DNA from: Felis catus
Lineage: Eukaryota
Direction: 5' to 3'
DNA: 64,000 bases
Assembly (NCBI RefSeq): GCF_018350175.1
Contig: NC_058383.1
Location: 9,116,001 to 9,180,000, forward strand
Shown piece after piece: positions 11,889-28,700 of the stretch. The notes under the pieces were generated by a model. The model had not been told where the DNA came from and did no database searches. It saw only the letters and a program-made list of their open reading frames with translations. The position numbers and the translations under genes are program-made. Each line of letters starts with the position of its first letter. Within the stretch, counting starts at the first letter, position 1.

Positions 11889-12670
11889 GTGGATTAGCCC
11901 ACTCGGCGGCCACAGCAAAAAGCCACAGATCAGGGTGCTTAAACAAGCATCATAAAAAAAAAACAAAAAAACAAAAACAAAACAAGCATCATCAGGGCGC
12001 CTGGCTGGCCCAGTCGTTAGAACACGCGATTCTTGGGGCTTTGGGTGGCTCAGTCAGTTAAGCGTGCGACTTCGGCTCCGGTCATGATCTCGTGGTCTGT
12101 GAGTTCGAGCCCCGCGTCGGGCTCTGTGCTGACAGCTCGGAGCCTGGAGCCTGCTTCAGATTCCGTGTCTCCCTCTCTCTCTGCCCCTTCCCTGCTTGCA
12201 CTCTGTCTCTGTCTCTGTCTCTCTCAAAAATAAATAGACATTAAAAAAGAAAAAAAAAAGTAACATGTGATTCTTGATCTGGGGGTCGTGATGTCAAGCC
12301 GCATAGAGACTACCTAAAAACAAACACAAAAACCAAGCATCTATTTTGTCACAGTTCTGGAGGCTGGAAGTCAAGATCAAGTCCACTTGGTTGGTTTCTT
12401 CTGAGACCTCTGTCCTTGGCAGGCGGATGGCTGTCCTCTGGTCACGTGGTCTTCCCTCTGCGCTGCATCCCTGGTGACTGCTTGTCCTAATCTTTTATAA
12501 AGACACCAGTCAGACTGGATTGCACCCCACCCTAAAGGCCTTACTTGATTACCTCTTTAACTGAATTCCATCTTAGAGACCCCATCTCCAGATACCCTAC
12601 ATTCCGAGGCACTAAGGGTTAGGGCTTCAACATGCGAATTTTGAGAGACACGATTCCGTCCCACCCACAA
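11889..12670. mobile_element. MLT1 (ERVL-MaLR) LTR carrying nested SINEs
   Basis: cacagttctggaggctggaagtcaagatcaag..gacaccagtca..gggttagggcttcaacatgcgaattttg are MLT1 hallmarks. Confidence 0.75.
11995..12335 (+). mobile_element. Older CAN-SINE split by a younger SINEC_Fc (12035-12260)
   Basis: Inner TSD AACACGCGATTCTT / AACATGTGATTCTT. Confidence 0.85.
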
Positions 12671-14403
12671 TTCCCCTGTGGGTGGGACACTCTCTAAGGA
12701 CAGGGATGGGATCTGAGGCCTCTGTAAGGACCAGAGGGTCTCTGGGCCGGGCCGGGCCCCAGGTGTGCTGTCCTACCCCGAAGTGGGTGCCCGGCAACGG
12801 CCCCCTCCTCCCGCTCCCCTTGGAGGAGCGGGTGGGGGGAGGCAGGCCGCAGAGTGAGGGGTGAGGGCTGTGTCCCTATGCTTCTGTTTCATGGGGACCC
12901 CCGCCCAAGAACACGGTGCCTTCTGCCTCAGGCCAGGCAGCTTCCAGGGCTGCTGGGGGCAGGGACAGAGAGGGCTCCAGGGAGCCAGTGGGTTGGGCTG
13001 CGGGGGGTCAGCTGCCCAGCCGCGTGGCCAGGAGCTGGCTGTGCCCGGTCTGTGCTCCAGGCCTTCCTACAGACAGCGGGGAGGGACGAGCCCCCAAAGC
13101 TTTCTTGTGTCCCCATCCTGGGGAGGGGGGAGGGGTCTCTGGGGCAGTGGCAACGAAAGGTCAAAGTGACAGGTCTTCCTCTGGAATAACAAAAGGTATC
13201 TCAGGGAAAAATAGAAAAAGTCATTAATTGAACATCTACACGTCAGACCCCTTGAACCATCGCATCTCCCTGCCCCTCACAGCAGCCCTGGGTGACGAGA
13301 ATGACTGACCCATTGTACAGACGCGAACACTAAGGCTCGCAGGCGAGGTGTAACAAGTCCAAGGGCTCGACCCTGGAGAGGTCCTTGCTCTTCCCCACAC
13401 TGGCCCTGGGGGTCTTCCTAGAAGGCAGACAGTCGCAGAGCCCAGCAAAGCTCTGAATTTAGTGAAACTGGGCCCGGCCACCTTCTGGAGGGATAGATGG
13501 CTGCCATTCTGACTGTCTAGCTCCTGCCACACCCACAGGACGTCTTCGTGAGAATCACACAAAGGTGTCCCTTCTCAAGGACGCGGCCCCTCACCCACAG
13601 CAGGTACGACACTGCACGGGCCCACTTCCGCTGGGGGCTCGAGTCTGCGCTCCTACTGTAGCTGCAGGAGAGTGTGACTTTCCAGCCTCCCGTGCAGCCA
13701 GGGTGCCCACCAGTCATGCACCCCACACCAGACAAAGAAGTGACCGCCATGCCCAGCTTCCAGAGGCAACCAGGCCAGAAGCTCGCATGGTGGGACCCAA
13801 GGAACGCAGCTTTGTTCTGCACTGGGATTCCTGATGTGGTCTCCAGCCCTGGCTCTCAGAGCTCCAGGGGCTTCCTAAGCTCTTCTAGAACATTCCTTCC
13901 CCACCGGGCTCACCAAAGTTGGTTCCTTGTTCCAGTTGCTTCCTAGTCCCGGTGTTCCACTGTTTGCGGCTGAGAGCACACTGGGGTGGGGGTTCCCGGG
14001 CCCTGTGGAGCCTGAGCCCCCCCGCCGACCGTTTCCTGGGTGTGTGAGAGAGACTCCACTTCTGGGCAGAATGCAGTTCTGCCCAGTTAAAAACGATTAA
14101 GAAGTGATTCAGCCAAATGAGAGGAGCAGTGAGTGACAGAACCCATGACAGACAAACGTCAGGGCTCCTGTTTTCTTTTCCCCAAAAAATGACACCAGTC
14201 ACAAAGGACCATGTTTCTAGGAAATGTTCAGGAAGTAGACAAGCGGTTGCCAGGGACGAAGAGAGGCGACTGCCTCATGGGCACAGGGTGTCTTTTAGGA
14301 TGATTACAATATTCTGAAGTTGGAAGTACTGATGATGAGTGGACAGGTCTACGAATATGCCAGAATTCGCATGGTATTTGAATTCTATCTCAATGAAGCT
14401 GAT

Positions 14404-14607
14404 TATTTTTTTAAGTTTATTTATGTATTCCGAGAGAGAGAAAGAGAGAGAGAGAGGGCAGGGGAGGGGCAGAGAGGGAATCCCAAGCAGACTCCATGCT
14501 GTCAGCACAGAGCCCGACGTGGGGCTCACACTCACAAACTGGGAGATCATGACCTGAGCCGAAATCAAGAATCTGACACTTAACCGACTGAGCCACCCAG
14601 GTGCCCC
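14404..14607 (-). mobile_element. CAN-SINE inserted in an old L1M 3' fragment
   Basis: TSD TGAAGCTGAT. Confidence 0.85.
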
Positions 14608-14662
14608 TGAAGCTGATATTTTTTTTTAAAAAAGAACGTGAACATATCTTTGCCTTTTATAA

Positions 14663-15040
14663 GGCAGTCAGTCAACAAATGTTCATTAAGCACCCACGGG
14701 GAGTCAGGCACTGTGTTAGTTCCAGGGGCACCTTGGTGAGCAAATCAGACATGGTCCCTGCCCTCCTGAAGTTCACAGTTTAGTGGGAGAGATGCAAAAG
14801 TCACCCTTTTTAATGTCTAACTACAAAATGGAAAACGTGCTGAGAAGAGAAAGAAGAGGGCTCCAGGAGAGCTGAAGGGTCAGAAAGGGCTTCCCTGCAG
14901 AAGCCACACTGGAGCTGATGAATGATCTAGAGGAGCGAGGTGGAGAAGTGTCTTACACTGAGGGGGGAAAGCAAGTGCAAAGGCCCTGTGGCAGCAGGGC
15001 TAACCAGGGATCTGTGTGGCCAAAACACAGGGAATAAGGG
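14663..15040 (-). mobile_element. L2 LINE fragment
   Basis: caacaaatgttcattaagcacc..aggcactgtg..gacatggtccctgccctc..ttcacagtttagtggg. Confidence 0.65.
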
Positions 15041-17309
15041 ATGGATCAACGGGGCCTCAAAACTGAGATGGTGAATCTAGACTCTGGTCTTGCAGCAGGA
15101 AGTGACTCCAAGTTGGGAGCAAAGGTGAACACCATCAGGTTCACAATCTGGTCCCTCTGGATACTGAGAGGAGGAGGGCTGTGGGGGTCAGGAACGCTGC
15201 TAGAGGCAGGAGGGGGCTGGCTGGGGATTGCAGGGACAACGGGCAGGAATAGGTGGTTCAGAGGCACAGACGAAGTGAACCCAGGGGGTGCGAGGGAGTG
15301 CTCAGTGCCCCCTCCCCCCCGCTTGGTTTCCACCTGCTGTCATCCTGATCCTTTCGATTTCTGGTCTGATGAGTCATCTGAGAGTCATCACCCCCACAAC
15401 TGCTGCTGTTTTTTTCTTCTTAACAATGAACTTGTTTTTTGCCACTGAGCCGTTACCTTACACGCCAACGGATTTGGAGGCCCTCCCTCAAATATAGCCC
15501 TGGGGAAAAATTTAAAACGCTATTTAATAAAAGATGCACCATCACATGGCTGTCACTACAGGCTCTACTCAAGGCTGTCACGAGCTGGCCCGTGCAGAGC
15601 TGGGGTCCGGCTGGTAACCCTCTGGAGCGTGACTCTGGGGCAGAATGCCCCGACATGCTTCCTCAGGGCCCGTGCTGGCCATGACCAATCCTGCCGCCCT
15701 TTCTCCAAGTGGCTTCTGCGACACCCTGGCGTGCTGGTCACCACAGCCCTGGGCCAGAACACCCCCAGTCTGGCGGAGTCACAGGGTGGCCTCCCCCTGA
15801 CCCAGGACAGGCTCGTAAAATATTAACGACTTGTTAATGTTCTTTTGAATGCACCCATCTGCTAAGATGGTGTCCCCAGAACCCCCTTTTCCAGAAGTCT
15901 GCTCTGAAGCAAGCTGGGGGACGGAACCACTTTCAGAACATAAAGCGCCTCCATTTTCCAGTCACCCCCCCCCCATCAGAAACCCGAGCATGGCCTCTCC
16001 TGGGGCATCTCTCTCATCTACGAGGTCCCAGTTCCTTGGGTCACCTCCTGAATATTCTGGAATCCACCTCCTCCTCTCCAACTCCCTTTGTCTGCCCTGG
16101 TTCAGGCCTGGTTGCATTTGCCTGGAAGACCAGGCCAGTCCCCCTTGCTCTGGCCTCCTGTCTCCTAATCCCTGCTGCCAGCCCCCCGGGGCACCATTTG
16201 TGCCATCGAGGGAGAGACTGTTCACTGGTCTCCCTGACTCTCTCGCCCTCTCTTTCTCCTTCCCTCCCCTCCTACTTGACTCACTTCCATGTGCCCCTAA
16301 AGACTCCTCTCAGAAGTCACCCTTGGGAAGCCCCCTTGACCTCAGGTGGGGTCACCCCTCCCCCCCCCCACTCCCGCAGCCACGCTTCACCTACTGTGCT
16401 GTAGTGTCTGTTTTGGGCCCGTCTTCACAGTGAAGCCCCACATGGTCGGATGGGGCAAGCACAGCTCCTCACAGGGCTCCGGGGTGCCCTGCACACACAG
16501 GGGACATCGCTGGGGCTGTACCTGGGATCAGCACAGGCTCCGGCACTAAGAATAAGCCACAAGAGGGCCCTGGGACACACAGGAGCTCAGGGCAATTCTT
16601 GCTGCTGCCTGATCTTCCGGCCCTGAGCTGGTTCGTTCATGTTTTCACTCAGCCAACACCAGTGGAACCCTTTTCCTCCTCGCCATACCCAAGCTGGGTG
16701 TCTGGGCCCAGAGGGCCTCTCCATCTGGTGCTGGAGCCAGGCCTGGACAGGACAGCGCGAGACAGGCGCTGTTGGACACAGCTGGTGAGGGTGGGAGGCA
16801 CTTGGAACGCTTAGAGGCCAAGAGGGACCTAGGTTCCACAGCAGCAGCATTTCAAAAGCGGCTGCCCAAAGCGGCTGGCTCCCATGGCCAGATGTCACCC
16901 AGGACACAGGAGCCTGAGCTCCTGACTGCATTTGAATCGGCTTCTGCCTGCACCTGGAGGTATTGCGGCCGAAGGGGCTGCAAGTAGGATGGAGGATAAA
17001 CCACTAGGGACCAGGGCTTCATGGGTTTTGAAAGCAAAACCTCCCTGAAGTGTTTGCCTGGGAGACAGTACTGCTCAATCGGGGGAAGCTGCATCAGCGG
17101 TGGCCTCTTGGCCCTGAAATGCAAGGATGGGTTTCCCTGGGGCCCATTAGGAGATGGGGCACCTCGAAAATGCAGTTAGGGCTGTGCGTCAAAAGGACAG
17201 GCTCGGGGCAGACCCCAGGGTGGAAGGGGTGAAACGGGGGCTGGGCCCCGGGCGCAGATGCCCCTTTCCCCACACCAGCGCGGGCACCGCTTGGGGGACG
17301 GAGACCGCG

Positions 17310-17315
17310 TTTATT
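17310..17315 (-). terminator. Probable UPK3B polyadenylation signal AATAAA (~1.3 kb 3' UTR)
   Basis: First minus-strand AATAAA I found downstream of the UPK3B stop. Confidence 0.6.
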
Positions 17316-18623
17316 CACCTCTGAGGAGGGCGGGTACACATGGGTCACGGCCGGGCGCCGTGCAGGGGCGGGGGGGGGGGGGGGGCCTGCATGCTGGGAG
17401 CCGCGGTCCCACCGGATAAGATGGGAGATGTGCCCGGGGACAAGAGGGGCGTGGTGGTGGTGGGAGGGGCGGCAGTGGGCAGAGCGTGGAGGACAAGTCG
17501 CCCAGCCTCAGTTTCTCCATCTAGAAAATGGTGGCGGTTGTGTAGACTGGACGGCCCTCAAGCGAGTGCGTGACTGCTCATCCCTCTGGCTTGACCCAGA
17601 TGAGGTCTGGAGCCCTGACCTCCAGAAAGTGGCGACGGCTCCTCAGCATCAGGTCACTGCTGGAACCTGCCAGTCAATTGCCTCAGGCGGGTCTGTGAAT
17701 ACGAGTGCGCGTGCGCGGGGCCGGACGGCTGTGGCGCACCGGCGCCACCGTGTGGCCAAAGCTGGACCCACCGGCCCTGCGAGAAGTCCGACGCTAGGGG
17801 GAAGTCTAAAGTGTGTACTGCCTGATAGTGGGGGGCTCCGGGGCCTCAGAGAGCCCATTGGGGTGAGCATCTAAGGAGCTTGAACCCGAGGGTATGTGAC
17901 AATCTGACAGCCCTAACAGTAACAGGTCACATCTGGACACGTGGTCATCTCAGGTCCAGAGTGGTGAGTGAGCTCCCCAAGTTCAGGACTGGTTCCTCCT
18001 GAGGCTCCATGTCTAACACTGGCAGTGGCATACAGCAGGTGCTGAACAAATGGTGGAGCGAGAATGAGTAAGCCATCTGTGTGTGCAATAGGGTTGGAGG
18101 TGGTAGAATCAGTGGTCAGACGGCCACAATGTGCCTCTACACTCTGAACTTCTGGCCACCCTCAGAAAGTACCCCTGCCCGGGGAACAATGGAGGTGCCT
18201 CTGAAGGCCCCAGCCACTGGAAGGTGGGACAGAGAGACAGAGGGAGGCTCGGACTTCATGCACCCGGTGATGGGCCTGGCCCAGTCCCCTGCACAGGGCA
18301 GAGCAAGGCCCCCCACTGGGCCCCTCCTGGAGCCTGGAAGCTTCTGGTCAGTGTGGCCTCTCCACATTACCTCTCACAGAGGTAGGGTTGGAAGTGGGGG
18401 CTGCATGCTGGCCTGACCATGACCCTCCCCCCAGACTTGATGCAACTTCAGTTGCCTGGAGAGGGCAGAATGGAAAAGGCAAAGGCAGGGCTGCAGGTGG
18501 TGGGACATCGGGCGGGTAGGGAGGCGCAATGGGGGAGGGGCATGTGGGCGCAGGAGCTGGGAATGCGCACTGCGTATGTGGCCCCCAACTTCCCAGGGCC
18601 CCGCCCCAGCCCCTTCCACCAGG

Positions 18624-22500
<3,877 letters not shown>

Positions 22501-23039
22501 TCAGGCTTCCAGGACGGCCGAGGGCTGGAAAGACCTGAAAATGCAAATGAACCCCACCCCTCCCACTGGCCCAGCCTACCATGAGGAGGGAGCTAGGCAG
22601 GGCTGCAGGGTGGGGCAGGCCAGTGCCAGGCCCCACTGCCGGGAGGGAGGGAGGGAGGCGGATGCCACCGGACCCCCAGATGCCAGCCAGGAGGCCAGAG
22701 GCTCCCATGTCTGAACAGGGGTCCCACCCAGCCTCCCAGCCCTGGAGAGGACCCAGTCTCTGGAAACATGGGCTCAGGGCCACGTGCCTGAGATTCCCAC
22801 ACCCCGCGTGCCAGGAGCCTCCCTCTGGCCTTCCATCCCCACCCAGGGAGTGGGAAACAGATCAGAGGTCCCGACCTGTCCAGCTCCAGCCCCACCACAG
22901 CCCCCCTGGTCCTGCTGCCATCTCTGCGCCCTGCCCTCCCTCCACAAGGCCACATTCTTGTCTGAAGGAAGAATCTGGAGCCAGACAAAGGACCTCTGAC
23001 AGCTGACAAGCCTCCACTTACTTTACTCCCTTTGGCTCT

Positions 23040-23588
23040 ATTTTTTTTTAATTAAGACATAATTCAAAAGAAGATAGAATTCACACAGTATAAAATTCAT
23101 CCTTTTAGAGCGTACAGCTCAGTGGGTTTTCACAAGGTTGTGCAAGCATCACCCAGGTCAGCACATTTGCAACACCCCAAGAGGACAGTCTGTACCCACT
23201 GAAAGTCACTCCCCATTCCCGGCTCCCCTGGCAACCTCGCACCCGCTCTCTGCCTCTACAGACTTGCCTGTGCCGGACATTTCACAGCCACGGAATCACA
23301 CACGTGGCATCTTGCGTCTGGTTTCTGTCACCTAGCATCCTGTTGTCCAGGTTCGTCCACGCAATAGCACGAGGCGGGAGTTGGTTCTTCCTCAGGGCTG
23401 CGGAACTTTCATCCCACCGGATGGAAACCAGGCATTTTATTCACCGGCTCCTCGGCTGACACCCATTCCCGCTGTTTGGCTTCTGTAAGTAAGGCTGTCA
23501 TGCGCGCTCATGCCCAAGTTTTGTGTGGACCTGTTTTCCGTTCTCGGATACACACCTGGGGTGGAATTGCTGAGTCATAGGGTAACTG
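23040..23588 (-). mobile_element. L1MB-type LINE 3' fragment
   Basis: aaaattcatccttttagagcgtacagctcagtgg..ggacatttcac..ggaatcacac..ggaattgctgagtcata. Confidence 0.7.
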
Positions 23589-23589
23589 C

Positions 23590-23711
23590 TTTTTTTTTTT
23601 TTTTTTTTAATATTTTATTTGTAAGTAATCTCTACACCTGATGTGGGGCTCGAACTCGCGACCCCGAGATCTAGAGTTGCATGTTTTGCCAACTGAGCGA
23701 GCCAAGTGCCA
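23590..23711 (-). mobile_element. Short CAN-SINE
   Basis: Poly-T then gtaatctctacacc..gtggggctcgaactc..gagatc. Confidence 0.75.
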
Positions 23712-24440
23712 CAAGACACTCAAACTTTTAGATGGAAGAAAATGCTCTAATATATAATACACTCAGCTTTAAACCAACACATCATGAAATAGAACTTAAT
23801 TTTTTTTCTTACGGAGAAAAGGACCTCAAGGAGGCAAAAGTATCCCTGGCCCACTCAGGATGTGCCATCCTCCCCGCCGGGGCCCTGCAGCCCCAGGCCC
23901 CAATCACCGCCCCCAGGCAGACAGCAAGCTGGGGTATTTGATGTTCCTAAGAGGGTTGGGAAGAATTAGGACTTCAAGGATGACGTCAAACCAATCCTGG
24001 CCCAATTCCAGCCCCGGCTCTATGCCCTACTACGAGCCTGCGAACTGGGGCGGGTCACTGCATCCATGACCGTTTCCTCATCCATAACAGGGAAGACAGC
24101 AGCACCAGCCACATGTGAGTGGCGCTTTACTGCGGGAGTGAACGGGACGGTGGGCCTGGCGGAGCTGCTGGACCGCACACGGCGAGAACTGGAGTCGGGG
24201 ACGGGGAAGCAGCAAGGTCAGTGCTCGGGCTCTTGGGCCCTCTCTGCGGCCTCAGTTTCGTCACTGGGGAAAATGCGAGTCGGACGGGCAGCGTGTGAGC
24301 TCCCTCCTGCCCTGATGCAGCAGGGCACGTATGTGTGTGCTGCCTTCTCACATCAGCGCACGCGCGCGCGCGCACACACACACACACACAACCTCTCCAC
24401 CAAAAACACACCAGGGCCTGCTGACTTTGGCTATAGGGCA

Positions 24441-24446
24441 TTTATT
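24441..24446 (-). terminator. DTX2 polyadenylation signal AATAAA
   Basis: ~400 nt after the stop, followed by GU-rich GGTGTGTTTTTGG and (TG)9 downstream element. Confidence 0.85.
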
Positions 24447-24840
24447 GCAAACAGAACATCTGAGGTATGAGAAGCTGACCCAGAACCCACGCCTGCCCTG
24501 GCTACGATGGGGGACGGGGCAGTCTCGCCTCACCCCACGCCAGGCCCCCGGCACTACGGCCCCGAAGCAGCCCGCCAGCGGCAGAGGGCCCCACGCACTG
24601 AGGTAGCTGCATCTTAAGCCCCCACAAGTACAACTCCCCAGGCCTGCCTGATTCGCCTGTAGATCTGGGCCTGGAGGGGAGGATGGGGGCAGAAGGCGGG
24701 CCCCCACAAACCTCGCAGCCTCTGAGGAAAGGCACCTTCCCGCCTGCCCATCCCGGGGCAGCCCAGCCGGCAGCAGGGGGAGAGGGCAGCTGGCTGCCAG
24801 AGGCAGGCGCGGCGGGGATGGGGCCTGCCAGGCCCGGGGC

Positions 24841-25068
24841 TCACTGCTGCTCCAGGCAGTCCTCGGTCACCCCCTGGGCGGCCAGCTCGGCCAGCACATT
24901 CTGCAGGTAGTTGGGGTCGGGGTAGCCATGGCCTGTCACGTTGCGGTCCATCTCTGTCTTGTGGTGGATCTCGTTCCACACCACTGTGTCGGTCTCTCCC
25001 GTGGTGCTGGATGTCCCTACCGTGAAGATCAGTCGCCTCTTCCAGGCCACTTTCAGCAGCTCCAGGAC
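24841..25068 (-). CDS. DTX2: DTX2 last coding exon (DTC, stop)
   Basis: [53 protein letters not shown] at 24843-24841. Confidence 0.96.
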   Translation of the reverse strand, partial: VLELLKVAWKRRLIFTVGTSSTTGETDTVVWNEIHHKTEMDRNVTGHGYPDPNYLQNVLAELAAQGVTEDCLEQQ

Positions 25069-25628
25069 CTGCCCTCGAGGAAAGGAGGGAGGGGAAAGGA
25101 GGGAGGGCCTGGTGAACAAGTGCAAACCTGGGCACGGGTTTTTCACTCTGGAGCGGTGGGTGGCCAGGTGACAGGGTGAGAGCATCTGCGGCTCCCCCTC
25201 CTTCCCTGGTCTGATCTCCCCAGCAGTGAGGGCCAGGACGGCAGGAGCAGCCACCCACCAAATGGCAGCTGTGGGGTGGGGCTCACTGAGGGGCGAGGCT
25301 CTCTGTCCCTTTGGCCTTTACTGCGAGCCACTGGCAGGCTGAGGTTGGGCCGCTCTCCCAAGTGATCTCATCCGCAGTCCCGGGCCGGGGCCCCATCTGT
25401 TGGGATCCTCAGCCTCCAGCCCCAGTCTTGACCACCGCCCCCACCCCCCGGAACTCCATGTGCTGACCTGACCGCCCAGGAGGACCCCCCACCTCAGAGG
25501 GCACCGCCATCCACTGCTCTGCTGCCGCTCAAGCCACACCCGGGGCCAGGCTAACTCTGCCCTACTTCCAAGTCAGCCTCTCCCCAGGCCAGGCTCACAG
25601 CAGCCAGAGGGCGCCCGATGCCTCACTG

Positions 25629-25720
<92 letters not shown>

Positions 25721-28700
25721 CCTCCCTCCCTCCCTCCCTCCCTCCCTCCCTCCCTCCGGGATCTGATCCTCCCCAGACGCCTCACACCCTCCAGCCCAGC
25801 CCACCTCTGCGACTCTCAAAGCTGCCACTCAAGCTGCTCCTCTGACCAGAATGCTCTCCTGGGTTGTAATGCAGAGGTGGCTTGCAGGCCATCACCCAGT
25901 CCTGTTCCCCTGTCCCCACTCTGCCCAACGCGTCACACTAGCCTGACTCAAGAGCAGGTGACCCGGCCAGAGAGGTTGCTAGAAGTGGCCTCCCCTCCCT
26001 GCTGGTCGTCTCTCCTGGTCGAGGATGCCTCACGGATAGCAGGCAGCCTTGGGAAGGAGTGGCCAGCACCCCAGCCAGCCCCAGAAGAAGGTGAACAGGG
26101 CAGAGCAGGTATGGCCACCAAGCTGGGCCCTCCCCATCCCACCTGCTGGAACAGCCCACGAGCAGCCAGGCCAAGGCCTGCCAGCAGAGGGCGGGGTGTG
26201 CCCCCAGGGTGGTGGGGCCTTACCTTGCGGCCCTGGGCATTGTCCGGAAGGTAGCACTGACGGGGAAAGCCCCTGGCGGTGAATGGCTTCCCGGGGTTGG
26301 GGTGCTCTGGGCCCTGCAGGAGGAACACAGACACAAGGAGGCGGGGTACCCTGAGAGGGGCCCAGCAGCTGCAGAGGCCCTCGCAGCCCGGCCCGCCCTT
26401 CACCTCCCTAGCCGGAGCTTTGTCTGCACTCAAGTGACCAAACAGATCGCTGTCTCAAATCCTGCCCCTCAGAGACCCAACATGACGTGGCCTGCCTCCG
26501 GCGACCACCTTCCCTGACCCCACGCCATTCGGCTTGGCATCACACACTCCTGCAAATGTCCTGATGAGACTGGAATTCATCAAAGGCTGGGGCTCCCATT
26601 CCGCTGGGCACTGGGCTCTTTGGCCTAGAAGGCCAGGCCTCCCTTCCTGACGCCCTCGCTCCTTGCTCGAGATGGTGCCACGGCGGGGCCGGAGACAGTG
26701 GCAGCAAACTGGACGGAAGGTGGGCGGCTGGAACAGTGGGGGATCCTTGCCCGTGCCCTCTGCCACTCAGAGACACGCCACATCTACGCCACGTATACTC
26801 CACACTCCCCTCCTGCTCTGTGGTTCTGGGGCTGTCTGGAATGTTTTTAAAATTCACTACAACCCACTGAGAAGAAATGGAGGGAAACCAGGGAAAAGCA
26901 TATGGTTAAACGAAAGAGGGACTCTCCATGTCACAGACAGGCCACCTGGGTCCTGGCCTCCACAGCCCTGTATCTTCCCCACCCGCCACCAGCTCTGAGG
27001 TCAGTCCTGGCCCAAGCAGCAGGCCTAAGGGTCCAGGGCTCCTGTCTGGGTCTCTACTGCGACCTTCTGCTCGGGCTCCTGTCTTGCTCTTGACATCAGA
27101 CACAGCCCTGCCACAGGCCTGGATCTGGCCACCGAGCTGGTCTCTCAAGGACAGTCCTCAGTGTTGGCACCTCCCTGCCCTCTGGGTTCTTCCACTATCC
27201 AGACCTTCAACACAAGTGTTCTTCCTGCTTATACACTTGGCCTCCCGCCCAGCACAAGTCCAGCCAGGATGTCTCCGCCTCCAGGACGCCCTCCCTGCGT
27301 CAGGAAAGGGCTGGAGGCCATCTCTTTGCTTCCACAGCCCTAAGAGCTTGTTCCACCTCCAGACACCAGTGCCCCCGGTTCCTGGGAGCCTGAACTTGGG
27401 AAGCCCGGGCATCCTGAGTGCCTGGGGTGGGGGGCCGGTGGGGGGGGAGGGAGGCAGACTACAGGGAGAGGGGCAGGGTAGGAAGAAGTGTGCCCCAGAG
27501 CGAGAGGGACCGAGTCCAGAACGGTCTGAGGAGGCTCCTCCTGTGCTGGGGCCCCTTACCTGGATGCCGTGAGGAATGTTGTAAACTATAAGTATCGTCC
27601 CACAGTCCTCATGGCCAGGGAGGGACACCTGGAACTTGAACACCTCCATCTTTCCCTGGGGCTGGGTCCCGGTTTTCTCTCCGTAGATGGTTTTGCAGGA
27701 AGGACACTGCAAACTCCCGTCCTGAGGCAGAGCAGAGCACCTAGTCTCAGCCGGTGCCGAGAGAGCACCCAGGCACGCTGTCTGGCTGTCGAGGTGGGGA
27801 AGAGCCCACAGGGGCTCAGCTCGGCCCGCTGTCACACAGCAGGTCCCTCCTTGCACAGAAACCCGATCCTGAGAGCGTCCCTGTGAAGATGTCCTACACC
27901 ACAAACTCCTCAAGCCATTTCCATCCAAGGGGTGAGGTACCAGGAGGCGAGCATCAAGTAGGAAAATCAGGTTTATGAGCAAAAGTCTCCACGGTCTAAC
28001 ACGTTTAAAATCAAACAAAAAACCCCGTGACCTCTCAACTGACTGTGCTGGCACCCTGGCTGGTACAGGGGTGGCACAGCGATCTGCAGAGAGGCCAAGC
28101 CGGGCCCGAAGGTCTGCCACGTGACTCAGTTCTCTCTGTCCTCCCAACCTGTCCATTCCGGCTGAACTCCACTGAAGGGAAGCAGCCAAGTATCACCTGT
28201 CACCCTCGGCAACCCCGGCGGCCAACCCCTATCCTGCTGTGAGGCCAAGGCCTACAGACATCTTAAGGTCGCCTCTGAGTGCCCTGGGGCTCACACGGCA
28301 GCAGCAGTCACCAGCTCAGATGCGACAGGACTGGGACAGGACTATGGGCAGGTTGCCCCGACCCCCACCCTGGGGTCAGACGTGTGGGCACCTTGTTCCC
28401 ATTGCAGTACATGGCCAGCAGGCAGAGCAGGTGGAAGGCATGGCTGCACTTGACGAGGCGGCCCACGGCCACTGGCCCAATGGTCTTGCTGTCGGTCACG
28501 TCGCTGTACCCGGACACCACGGACAGTTTCTCCATACAGATGATGCAGTCCTAGAAGGAGACCAACACAGGGCACGCTCACCAATGGCCCACTGTGCCAA
28601 AAGGGGAGAAGGGAAAGAAAAAGCCTTTGTCTGCTGAAACGCCAGGATTACAGACAATTCTACAGCTGGGAACACAGCTGGGAACACAGAGGAGTCCCCA

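Noticed and set aside
27158..28189. 343-aa ORF, the longest in the track
   Set aside because: Only the central 54 codons are DTX2 exon 7. The flanks are GC-rich intron read-through with no recognisable domain.
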